This document shows positions 41,760 through 51,310 of a DNA stretch of 64,000 nucleotides, in pieces. Source of the stretch: a virus. The notes beneath the pieces were generated by a model. That model ran no database searches. It was not told where the DNA came from and saw only the letters and a program-made list of their open reading frames with translations. Location: positions 36,523 to 100,522 of the IMG/VR virus record IMGVR_UViG_3300035565_000044. One strand, written 5' to 3'. Both the position numbers and the translations under genes were made by a program. The first letter of the stretch is position 1. Every line of letters begins with the position of its first letter.

Positions 41760-44440
41760 GGGCATGGCGTACACCCTTGGCCTTCTAATATCCGACCTTC
41801 CGCTCAATGTCAGGGATATCGCCCTGGAGGCGGTGATAAAGGACGCCAGGGAGACGGAGAAGAGTATATCCGCCGCTGGGATGGGTGGTAGGTGTAACTT
41901 TGTAGAGGTTAAGTCTAAAGAAGGAAAGTTGTGGTGACGTATCACGATTTCCTCAACATTCTTAAGAAGGCGAAGGTTAGCCAGCACGATTTCTTTAGAG
42001 TGCATGGACGCTCAGCCGCGTCAGCCAAGGTCATATGGGGCGGGAAAGGCGTCGTCCCCCCATGGGTGGAGAAGCACGCCACAGCCCTGTTAGAAGTTCC
42101 TGGTTACAGAGACTATATCATGGATCAGGACATGGAAAGTTTGAAAGGAAAGCCTAAAAATGGCGGACAAAACCCGTTCTGGCTCCACAGAAAGAAACAT
42201 AACGGTGATCCTGTCGGAGGAAGAATTGATCTGGTTGGTCCAGATGATGGCTCAGGTGAAAGTTAACACCACCTGTCCCCATTGTGAAGACGAAGCTGTA
42301 GACAAGGGATGTCTATTTCTTTCCGCAATATCTCCAGAAGCTAGAGAGCATGCGGTGGAGGTAGCGCGTATGGGGGCCGAGCGCGTTACTATGATGAAGA
42401 GCATGGTCACAAGCGATACTATCAATTAGGCCGTCCAATGCAAATGCATGCCCCACTATGGAATGGGAAGAAGCTTGGTAAGGTTTCGTCAATACACACC
42501 ACAACCTATGTCAGGGAACTGGGTTTCTTCCATGATAGGCTGGTAGAGACCGGAGGAGTTGCGATATACGCCGTATACGTCAGGAAGAATAGGGAGGTAT
42601 GGATACCTCTCTTGAAGAGCTCGATAGACTACTTGAACCAGCTATGTGTCCTGATAAACGACATTGCTCTGGTTTCGGGGCTGGCGCAGTCAGACGTATA
42701 CGAAGCAATTACGCAGCTAAGCGAAGATGCCGAATAGAAAAGCTATTGAAGAGCTTGCGCAAAGGACTGGAGCCCCATTCACCTGGGGCTCCATAGTCGA
42801 AATAGATGGTTTCACCGGAGTAGTCGTTGAAGCCAAAGGAAAATACATTGGCGTTATATTCAAAGAAGACGCTGCGGAAGTAGTTAAGTTCTTTCACCCT
42901 CATGACCCTAAGATAATCTATCGAAGGGTGATCGATCCTGGAAAACTCCGGGAGTGGTGGGTAAAACACCCAAGCGGAACCTGGGACGATATTGAAAACC
43001 TGACTATCGTATGCGCCTCAACGTATATGAAGGCCAGATATAAGGGGTGGAAGAAGTTTGACGATAGTGAATGCGTAACAAGAGAAGACTTATTATTAAG
43101 CAGAGCAAGAAGGAAATACAGCAGTGACGACAGAAGACGATGGAATGACGTCAGAGATAATGTACCACGGGAAAAATAGGGAGGTTTTTGAGAAGGTTAT
43201 CAGAAACAAGTTCGGGGGAGACGATAGCGTTAAGTCTAAGACTGCTATAATTTCTTACCTTGCTATGTTCGATCTTATGGAAGTTATTGAGCCTACTGTC
43301 GTTAGCGGCGAAACGGCCATGAGGGCGTCAGAGGCCATCTCTGAAAACTTTTCTAATGTTATTACGTCTCTGGTGGTCAACTTATTCCCTAGTGAAATCA
43401 GGGATGACGTTCTTAAATACATTTTGATGGATATGGTCACGACCATACCAGGGTTTTTCAAGAAATGCCTTGAGACCCAGAAGGAAGAAGAAGAAAGAAT
43501 TAAGAACGGATTGAAGAACTGAAAGGAAAGAGTATGGCGAGTTATCCTGAACTTAGCGAAGCTATCAGCTCATGGCTCACGCACATGGCGCAGAGGGGAA
43601 AGGCTCCCCTGGAAATAGACAGGCGCATGGACATGATGTGGCGCGTGACCGACTATCTTGATCGCCAGATGCTTAGGTATTATTCGGGTAATACATCGCC
43701 ATACATCTCCGTATACGACATAGCGACTGCTCACTATGGTAATTACGAGATTATGATAGAAGAGCAACGCATGGATGTGGGTGATGTGGAGCTTCTTTAT
43801 AACACAGTCAATGGTTTCTTAGCATTTATAGCCAATGAATATAGAGTGTCGCCAACGCTGTTGAGGATTATAAAGGACAACGTTGGGAAAAATAGGAAGG
43901 GGATTACGGAGAAACATCTTAATTTGGTTAATATTTTGAGGAATATGGAGCGTAAGCAGCGCCGTAATCTCCTGGGAGTCCTCATGGAGCGCCACCGGGA
44001 ACTGAAAGAGACGGACGACTTTATCAGGAGGTATTGGGGTGACTGGTAAGAGGTGGAGCAAGACGAATAAACGCCGGACTGTGCGCCGAATTATGAAGCG
44101 CTGCGCTCTCCATAGCTACGGAAATAAGCGTATATACCGTATGCATTGGGGAGACGGAGGCGGACTGTGCGATTTCCGCTATACCATAAGGAACGATAGC
44201 AGAAATGAGCTTCAGGTTCAGGGACATTGACTACTACGATACCCTTCCCCCATGGCTGCGCAAGATGATAAGGGATTCTGAATTTCCTATATCTTCCATA
44301 GTTGTGGGGGAGAAGCTTAAGAGATTGAATATAGAAGACGAAATTTACAAAGTTCAAGCCGCTGAGTCTATAATATCTGGAGAAGAGAACGCCATGCGCG
44401 AAGCTATCAGGTGGAAAGACGAAATGGAGGCGCGTAGAAA

Positions 44441-44875
44441 GTGATAGGGAGCAGAGAAGCCATTCTTGGAGCCATGTGTTTGCGTCCGAATATGACGATG
44501 ACTATTCATCATATTCAAAGGGCTGTATTTCTCGTAGAGGTTGGCTTCTATGGTGATCCGATTGCAAACACTACTGGATTTGGTTTTCATCCTGGGGCGT
44601 ATGGCCCCGTAAGTCATGAGGTTTTCAATGAAGTTTGTCAACTGGCAAGTGGGAGAAGCATAGCCGCCCTCTCCGGGATTGGATTATCGACGTATATCCC
44701 GCTTGAAAGCGGATATGCTGAAGGTCTTTCGATCCTAAGCTCTTTATCTCCCGTGCGTCGTCATGGGTTTATAGAGACTGTGACCTGGGTAAATAACAGC
44801 ACAATCGAGGAGATGGCGGCCTCGTTTAGGCAATGTTACCCGGAATTTATCACAAATGAACTTCAGGAGAAATAA
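44441..44875 (+). CDS. Possible Panacea/YwgA-like antitoxin-fold protein
   Basis: IQRAVFL...FHPGAYGPVSHEV resembles the QK..F...YGP motif. Confidence 0.4.
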   Translation: MIGSREAILGAMCLRPNMTMTIHHIQRAVFLVEVGFYGDPIANTTGFGFHPGAYGPVSHEVFNEVCQLASGRSIAALSGIGLSTYIPLESGYAEGLSILSSLSPVRRHGFIETVTWVNNSTIEEMAASFRQCYPEFITNELQEK

Positions 44876-45415
44876 GCCAAGGCTTAGAACTGTCAAAACA
44901 GGATGGTCCAGGAACTCTTGGCGCAAGCGTAACGGCCTCGTGGTGAAACAGGGAGTGTTTCCCTACGGACCTGAGGACTGGAACACCTACAAGAGCATGA
45001 TGAGCTCTAACCCTGCGTGGTGGGATAGAATGCACCACACACGGCCCTGGAGGGCTAAATCAGACAGGGTTACGAGAATGGTTATGAAGGGCTACGATCC
45101 GGATGAACTGGCGTGGCCGGTCAACCATAAGCCTCATATCTACTACTGGTGAAGCGTAGCTTCGCTACTGAAGTGAGGGTGGGGCGCAGAGCCCTGCCCA
45201 TTTTTGTGAAAGGGGACAGACGTGCTATATGCAGACAATTGCGCCAGGGGATATTACTGGGTTAGGCATAAAAATAAGACTCTTGGAAAGAAGCCGTGGA
45301 TAATGGAGAAGCGAGATGGCAATACGTGGTGGTTCATGGGGTGGGATTGCCACTGTCAAGACATGGATCAGTACGTTATCCTAGGTGAAGTTGAACCATA
45401 TAAGAGTAAGTAGGG

Positions 45416-46288
45416 GTGTTTCACGTGAAAATCCATTGCATGAGCGATTTGCATCTTGAGCATGGGGACTTAAAGCTTCCTGGTGGGGATATCCTGGTGT
45501 TGGCGGGGGATATCTGGGTGGCTAAGCACATGCTGTTAAGTTCAGATGAGCATTTTATTAAGTTGCGCGGGAGATACGTGCGTTTTGTTGAGGAAGAGCT
45601 AAAGAAATATAAGCAAGTGCTTGTGGTTAAGGGGAACCATGAATGTTATGGTTCAATTATTGAGGAAACGTCTGAGATTATCAAGGATTTTGTGGTAAGA
45701 TTCTCCCATAGAGTGGCGCTTTTGGACGATGAGGCCGCAATAATTGACGGCGTGGCGTTCATTGGCTCAACCATGTGGGCAACCTATGGAGCCAGCGACG
45801 TTTTGGGCGAGATTCGCGTCAGAAACAGCATGAACGACTGCCGTGTCATCATGACGCATACAGAGCCGAAGGACGGCTGGGGACGGCTCCCTCCCCATTC
45901 CCGCGCTATGCTCCCTTCTGACTTTGAAAAGATTCATAAACAGAGTAGGAAGCGGGTTCTTGATCTATTAAAGAAGCATGCGGATAAGCCGTGCGTCCTA
46001 ATTACGCACCATGCGCCCACCTACGCCAGCGGGAAATATGATCCTCATTGGGGTAAAGGGTTAGATGAAGCTTATTATTCTAATTTCCTCGATTATGCTG
46101 TTCGAAAGCACAAAAATATTGTTGCGGCGGTCCACGGTCACACTCATATTAAGGTCAGATTCGAACACCATGGGGTGCTGGTGGTGTCCAATCCTAGGGG
46201 ATACGCAGGCCACGAGCCTATGGCGAACGAATTTGACCCAGAAGCAGGCGATTTTGAGATAACCAAGGAAGGAAAGATAGCAGAATGA
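45416..46288 (+). CDS. Calcineurin-like metallophosphoesterase
   Basis: SDLH, LAGD, GNHE, THHAP, HGHTH and NPRGY motifs. Confidence 0.92.
   Translation: MFHVKIHCMSDLHLEHGDLKLPGGDILVLAGDIWVAKHMLLSSDEHFIKLRGRYVRFVEEELKKYKQVLVVKGNHECYGSIIEETSEIIKDFVVRFSHRVALLDDEAAIIDGVAFIGSTMWATYGASDVLGEIRVRNSMNDCRVIMTHTEPKDGWGRLPPHSRAMLPSDFEKIHKQSRKRVLDLLKKHADKPCVLITHHAPTYASGKYDPHWGKGLDEAYYSNFLDYAVRKHKNIVAAVHGHTHIKVRFEHHGVLVVSNPRGYAGHEPMANEFDPEAGDFEITKEGKIAE
45417..45432. promoter_or_regulatory. parS-like site
   Basis: TGTTTCACGTGAAAAT. Confidence 0.65.
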
Positions 46289-47166
46289 GCACGTATATTG
46301 ATGATAAAGCTTATATAAAGCAATTGCAGGAAGCAAATTATAAGCTTAAGGATGAAATGGCGGAGTTTAGGGTACAATTTGACGCTGTGAGAAGGCTTGT
46401 GGACAGAGCTGTTATATTTTCCATAGGATATGATGAAAGAAATTGCGAAATTACGGTTGAAAAGAGATCAGAAGGAAGGTGGGCCGTGTGCCAGCATGGC
46501 CTTTGCCTTAATAATGAAGATGGATGGGAGTTTGAAAGACTTGCCACCAGCCGTGGTGAAGACTTTCTTGCTAGAACACGGTTCAGCTTCGATGTAGCTA
46601 TGCGTTTGGCGTCGGAGAAGGTTGTTTCACAAGAGCGTATTGTCAGAAAGCCTAAGATGATAGAGGAAGTTATTATAGATGTGTAATGGCGGAGAAGAGG
46701 AAGAGGCGCAGCCGGAACCGGCTCCAACTCCGGAGCCAGCTTGCCCTCTTTGCGAAGATACTGGATCATATGTTCCAGACGCAGAGGTTGGTTCTGGTTA
46801 TATGCCATGTCCTAATGGCTGTGACCCTCTAGACGAGGAAGAGTAATGGTTAAAAAGCCTGTGAGAACCGGCACCAGCAGTGGTACAAGGACTGGTGGTG
46901 CGCCGAAAAATCCTACAGATTACCCACGACCAAGCCCACCGAAGGAAAAGAAGTAATGGATGATATTGTAGAATCATTTCCAGGAGGTAATCCTAGGCCG
47001 GACCCAATTCCCCAGCCGTTGCCTTCTCCGCCTCCGGAGTCTCCGCCCCCGCTGCCGCCTGAACAGCCGCAGCCAGACGATAGGCCAATGCGGTAGTGAT
47101 AGAACGGCGGGTATGGCTATTACCTGAGGATCGGAAGCCGAAGATGACTGAGGAAGTTATATAGGC

Positions 47167-47559
47167 GTGACTGAGAGACGCGTCTGGCTCTTATCTGAGG
47201 ATCGGGTTCCGCTTTCCAGGAAACAGAAGGCGGAACTTTTTATGCGTCAGGACGGAAAATGTCCCCAGTGTGGGCAGAAGTTGCATATTAAGGGCCATGA
47301 AGGCGTCACGATCATCGATGAACACGTCAATCCCCTCTGGCGCGGCGGCGCAAACGACCTTGCAAACCGGGAGCTGTGGTGCTCTAAATGCGCTTCTGAG
47401 AAGACGGCTCAGGAGGCCGCACAGCGGGGAAAGACGCTGCGGCAGAGAGATGGACACATCGGCGCAAAGCCCGCCAGCAAGCGTCCTATGCCCGGTGGAA
47501 AGGCGTCTGGTTGGAAGTGTCGTCTAGGGCCGAATGGGAAGGAATGGGTGAAGAGATGA
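47167..47559 (+). CDS. HNH endonuclease
   Basis: CPQC...EHVNPLWRGGANDLAN...CSKC. Confidence 0.8.
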   Translation: MTERRVWLLSEDRVPLSRKQKAELFMRQDGKCPQCGQKLHIKGHEGVTIIDEHVNPLWRGGANDLANRELWCSKCASEKTAQEAAQRGKTLRQRDGHIGAKPASKRPMPGGKASGWKCRLGPNGKEWVKR

Positions 47560-47689
47560 GAAAAGATGATATCTGGCTCCTAACCCGTCGATACGTCTAT
47601 GGTCCACGAAAGTTTTTAAAAAGCGCCAGGATATTGAACCATAGGCTACAGTTGCCCCGTGGCTCCGGGTGTATAGTTAGTAAGTTTAA

Positions 47690-48109
47690 GTGGGGAAGAG
47701 AAGTTACTTTTATGAATGTGAGGATGGTGCGCTCATGGCAGTAGAACCAGAAGACGTTATGAAACGTAATGCGTTGAAGGATGAATATAATCCATATGGT
47801 TACGTTATCAAGCGCCCAGAAGATGTGGCGCATCCTCCCTTTATGACAGAGGATGGAATGTTGATCGACAGCACCGATGACGCTCGTGTAAACAACAATC
47901 CATCTGAAAGAAGCGTCGCCAATGATCCTATGTGTATGAAGTATCGCGTTCTTACTGAAGCAGAGAAGGCGCAGATGGGGAGCCTGAAGCGGGACTATGC
48001 GGATATGTATGAGGTCCTTAACGCTCTAGGCTCCAGTCGTGAACTGTCGATAGCAAAGACGAAGTTGGAAGAATCGTGTATGTGGGCAGTCAAGCACATT
48101 ACGCGTTAG
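47690..48109 (+). CDS. Acb2/Tad1-like nucleotide-signal sponge candidate (likely start 47735)
   Basis: YRVLTEAEK and SRELSIAKTKLEESCMWAVK resemble Acb2/Tad1 helical hairpin motifs. Confidence 0.6.
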   Translation: MGKRSYFYECEDGALMAVEPEDVMKRNALKDEYNPYGYVIKRPEDVAHPPFMTEDGMLIDSTDDARVNNNPSERSVANDPMCMKYRVLTEAEKAQMGSLKRDYADMYEVLNALGSSRELSIAKTKLEESCMWAVKHITR

Positions 48110-48391
48110 ATGGAAGTGAAGAAAGGAAAGTGTACCAAATGAAGAAAATTATCCTAGTCTCCATGCTCTTAGCCTCAATGTATACGCCTGTGGCGGCGCA
48201 GGAGTGCGAGCAAGGTCCATATTATGGTGATTGCAGCAGGAACAACCAGAACTACCGTCATGGTAGGTCGCGTTCAAGGGTTGAGCCGTATTACCATTTA
48301 AGCAATAGATACAAACTACACCAGCGCGCAGCCTCTAGAAGGCAAGGATACCACGAGCGCGCAGAGAGTTATAGAAGACGGTAAGGGTGGG

Positions 48392-48422
48392 GCGCCAGGA
48401 AGAAATTTCTGGCGCTTTATTA
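48392..48422. terminator. Terminator between convergent units
   Basis: GCGCCAGGAA-GAAA-TTTCTGGCGC followed by TTTATT. Confidence 0.65.
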
Positions 48423-48423
48423 A

Positions 48424-48499
48424 TGGTGCCAGTTGCAGGCTTCGAACCCACGACCCCCGTCTTACAAGGACGATGCTCTACCAACTGAGCTAAACTGGC
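48424..48499 (-). tRNA. tRNA-Thr(UGU)
   Basis: Canonical cloverleaf, CTTGTAA loop, CCA. Confidence 0.95.
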
Positions 48500-48514
48500 A
48501 TTCCACGTGAAATG
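48499..48514. promoter_or_regulatory. parS-like site forming the spacer between two tRNAs
   Basis: CATTCCACGTGAAATG. Confidence 0.5.
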
Positions 48515-48589
48515 GTCGGAGAAACAGGAATCGAACCTACAACCCCTAGCTCCCAAAGCTAGTGCTCTACCAGATTGAGCTATTCTCCG
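48513..48589 (-). tRNA. tRNA-Pro(UGG)
   Basis: Canonical cloverleaf, TTTGGGA loop, CCA. Confidence 0.95.
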
Positions 48590-48625
48590 CCTATGCTTAT
48601 TCTAAGTATACCAACAAAAATTTAG

Positions 48626-48697
48626 AAGTCCAGTGGAGAATCGAACTCCAATCAGGCGGTTATGAGCCGCCAGCTTTAACCGTTAAGCTACAGGACC
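48626..48697 (-). tRNA. tRNA with CAU anticodon (Ile2 or elongator Met), no encoded CCA
   Basis: GGCGG-CTCATAA-CCGCC arm, TTCGATT T-loop. Confidence 0.8.
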
Positions 48698-48704
48698 ATA
48701 AGAC

Positions 48705-48975
48705 TACGCTGAGAAGCAATTACAGCACCGAAACTCTATCAGAGCTAAGGCTATAGTAGGCTGTAACAACCCCTCAGCGTAAGATATGAGTGGTGATCAG
48801 GACTGGGTTTCCCCATTTTCTTGCTCTAGCCGTCCACCCGTATGACAGTCCTACATGGCGCACAGGTGCTGCAATTCCTCTTTCGAGCCTGATAAAGCCA
48901 CTCTAGAAGCGCCAGACTAGGGTGAGATGGCGCCCGTCCGTCAATCACCGGAGTTCGCCCCTTAGTCTGTCGCTG
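48705..48975 (-). ncRNA. Three closed structured RNA domains of unknown class within the tRNA operon
   Basis: Closing stems TACGCTGAG/CTCAGCGTA, GAGTGG..ATCAGG/CCTGAT..CCACTC and AGCG..CAGACTA/TAGTCTG..CGCT; GNRA loops on the minus strand. Confidence 0.5.
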
Positions 48976-48990
48976 CTACAATGGCTTGTA

Positions 48991-49088
48991 GCCCAGAGAA
49001 GGATTCTAACCTTCCTCCCCACCGTCAGGGTCAATTACTCCCTCGTGTGTCGCATGGGGACGCAACATTTCCAGCAGTTGCTCTGGAC
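48991..49088 (-). ncRNA. tRNA-like RNA with greatly extended anticodon arm
   Basis: Acceptor GTCCAGA/TCTGGGC, D-like GCAAC/GTTGC, TCCCCA/TGGGGA closing about 33 nt, T arm GAAGG-TTAGAAT-CCTTC. Confidence 0.6.
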
Positions 49089-49147
49089 ATAAGCTGAATA
49101 CGTCAACGGCGTACTCGAATGCTACCTCTACACATGGCAGAGAAGAC

Positions 49148-49222
49148 TGGCTGGCAAGACTGGATTCGAACCAGTAACCTACGCCTTAACAGGGCGACGC
49201 ACTACCATTGTGCTACTTGCCA
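49148..49222 (-). tRNA. tRNA-Asn(GUU)
   Basis: Canonical cloverleaf, CTGTTAA loop, CCA. Confidence 0.95.
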
Positions 49223-49324
49223 AAAGTAAGTAATACTGCTACAGCTAACATCATAATTAATAGCGCTATTATTATCCCAGCGCAACCCTGAACTTCTCTA
49301 TCTGGCATTGTAATATCTCTTTTT

Positions 49325-49523
49325 TGGTGGAGCCGGGGGGATTCGAACCCCCATGAGCCGGAACCTTGGCCAAGCATCACTGCACTAACAGTCATACAAT
49401 TCCAAGGCATATAGTCTTATAAACTGCGTGCTTACCCAGTGAAATTGGGACTATAATTTAATCCAGCCTGTCTTTCGACACCGCTTCAGTTTAGCGGCGC
49501 ATTCACCGTTGTGCTGCGGCTCC
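49325..49523 (-). ncRNA. 199-nt tRNA/tmRNA-like RNA
   Basis: Acceptor GGAGCCG/CGGCTCC-ACCA, T arm GGGGG-TTCGAAT-CCCCC, large internal multi-stem domain. Confidence 0.75.
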
Positions 49524-49527
49524 GTAT

Positions 49528-49614
49528 TGGTGGGCGCCGGTGGAATCGAACCACCCATGGACGCAATGCCTACGGATTTACAGTCCGTTCCCTTCTCCAG
49601 TTGGGTAGACGCCC
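49528..49614 (-). tRNA. tRNA-Tyr(GUA)
   Basis: CTGTAAA loop, long variable arm, CCA. Confidence 0.93.
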
Positions 49615-49621
49615 TTATTCG

Positions 49622-49903
49622 TTAGTTCCGAATAACCCAGTCTTCAGAAAGCATATCTTCTTGGCTAGCAAGCCATCCCATCACGATTTCGCCATTAGCG
49701 TTTTTCATGATGATGGCTGGTTTTACGACTGCGGTTCCGCCATGCAGAAGGGCGTAACTTTGAGCTTGTTTGCTCCAGAACTTTTCAGCCTCAAGCGCTG
49801 GATTTCCAGGAGAAAGGGCAATCCACACTCCCTTGCCATTCCACCCCTCACGGGCGACGGCGTCTCCATTTTTCATAGCGCGAATAGCGTCACCAAAATC
49901 CAT
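49622..49903 (-). CDS. DUF2829 / Tad2-family anti-defence sponge protein
   Basis: MDFGDAI...VAREGWNGKG...WLASQEDMLSEDW signature. Confidence 0.88.
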   Translation of the reverse strand: MDFGDAIRAMKNGDAVAREGWNGKGVWIALSPGNPALEAEKFWSKQAQSYALLHGGTAVVKPAIIMKNANGEIVMGWLASQEDMLSEDWVIRN

Positions 49904-50007
49904 ATCATTTCCTTTCTTGAATAATTAGGTCCAGGGAAGACGAGGTCTTTTGGGAAAGGCGCCTTCCCTGGAGTTTCGCCCGATATGCATCGGGTTGATG
50001 CGTATTT

Positions 50008-50036
50008 GGTGTAGCCGATACGGATGCCTGTGTCAA
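50008..50036 (-). promoter_or_regulatory. Promoter of the Tad2/tRNA operon with operator
   Basis: TTGACA-17-TACACC; AGCCG-ATA-CGGAT at 50013-50025. Confidence 0.6.
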
Positions 50037-50084
50037 TCATATAATTTGGTTGAAACGAGCGGAGCCGGACCCTAGGTAGGGCGC

Positions 50085-50390
50085 ATGGCTGCAATCTTCA
50101 ACCACCGCCATCGTCAGCGCATGGCGGCGAAGCAGGTTCCCAATCTCAGGAATCTCTTCATAGCGCAGAACGGCCTTTGCTTTTACTGTAAATGCCAAAT
50201 GCAAATGTTCATTAGTGATGAAACGGAGGCTACACGTGATCATAGGACGCCAATATCCCGTGGCGGAGCCATGAGGGGAAGAAACGTGGTCGCAGCCTGC
50301 AATGGCTGTAACCATTTGAAGGGGGAAATGACGGAAGCGGAGTTCAGACTGGTGATGGAAATAATTAGAAATTTGTTGAAGCTTGGTTAA
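50085..50390 (+). CDS. HNH endonuclease
   Basis: CFYC...TRDHRTPISRGG...NVVAACNGCNHLKG. Confidence 0.88.
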   Translation: MAAIFNHRHRQRMAAKQVPNLRNLFIAQNGLCFYCKCQMQMFISDETEATRDHRTPISRGGAMRGRNVVAACNGCNHLKGEMTEAEFRLVMEIIRNLLKLG

Positions 50391-50479
50391 TGAAAGGATA
50401 AGGTAGGGGTGCGCGGCTAGGGTAGCTACCGAACAGTGGTGTTTTTCCTGCCCTTTCCCACCACCGCCGCGCCCCTCTT

Positions 50480-51310
50480 ATGGAAAGGCTGTCTGAAAGG
50501 CAGACTATGACTAATAAGATTACTCTTTGCAAAGATGAGAGCGGCGAACCAATGGCGGATAGCCGCCATGTTGCAGAACGGCTTGGACGCCAGCATAAGC
50601 ACATTCTCGAAGCGATAAAGCTCTTGGATTTGTCTTTAGATTTCAAAGGCCGGAATTTCCGACCTTTGAGAATCAAAGACTTAGCAGGAGAAAGGTTGTC
50701 ACATATTTTGATGACCGAACGTGGATTTATGGGGCTGTGCAGATCACTCAAGGGTGGCGTCGCCTCAGAAATTTACGAGGCGTTTGTAAACGAGTTTTAC
50801 CGTATGCGCTGTGAGTTGGAAATGTTGCGGGGGAATGCTCCTGTTCCTCAACTGTCTCAGCTTGAAATCGCCAAAATGGCGGTTGCAGGCTGGGAGAAGG
50901 CAGAGCAAGAGAGAGACGCTGCTCGCGCCCAACTTGCCGCCTCAGAACAGAACGTCGGCCGTCTATCGAACGAAGTCCAGGAGCTAAAGCCATCAGCAGC
51001 GGCGCTGGCGCTCATCACATCAAGTCCAAAGTCTATTCTTCCCCGCGCAGCAGCCAAGGCGCTTGGCGTAGGGCCGAATTATCTGTTCCAATGGTTTCGT
51101 GAAAATAAATGGATTTACGATTCGTCCAGTGGCGTCCTGCCAAACCAGGATAAGATAAACTATGGGCTCATGGAGTTAAAGTACTACGACCGTGGGCTTG
51201 AAGAATACCTTTCTGTGGACGCTCCAGGGCGCCGTCCACAGGTTATGGTCACAGGACGTGGAATGCAGAAGCTAGCGAAGATATTCGTTAATAATGTTGT
51301 AGCTATCTGA
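50480..51310 (+). CDS. Rha-family / antirepressor (KilAC-ANT C-terminus) protein
   Basis: DSRHVAERLGRQHKHIL N-terminus; AAKALGVGPNYLFQWF...VMVTGRGMQKL C-terminus. Confidence 0.85.
   Translation: MERLSERQTMTNKITLCKDESGEPMADSRHVAERLGRQHKHILEAIKLLDLSLDFKGRNFRPLRIKDLAGERLSHILMTERGFMGLCRSLKGGVASEIYEAFVNEFYRMRCELEMLRGNAPVPQLSQLEIAKMAVAGWEKAEQERDAARAQLAASEQNVGRLSNEVQELKPSAAALALITSSPKSILPRAAAKALGVGPNYLFQWFRENKWIYDSSSGVLPNQDKINYGLMELKYYDRGLEEYLSVDAPGRRPQVMVTGRGMQKLAKIFVNNVVAI

Larger units (their letters stand above)
34987..45413 (+). other. Rightward block of many small, translationally coupled hypothetical genes (includes a lipoprotein-like ORF at 34987-35232)
   Basis: Contiguous ORFs with ATGA/TGATG-type overlaps. 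Confidence 0.75.

Noticed and set aside
49325-49523. Canonical tmRNA (ssrA)
   Set aside because: Lacks G3:U70, the tmRNA 5' loop motif and a tag ending in a degron; too short. Kept as an unclassified tRNA-like RNA.
49915-50005. Riboswitch in the Tad2 leader
   Set aside because: Two hairpins are present but I recognise no riboswitch consensus.
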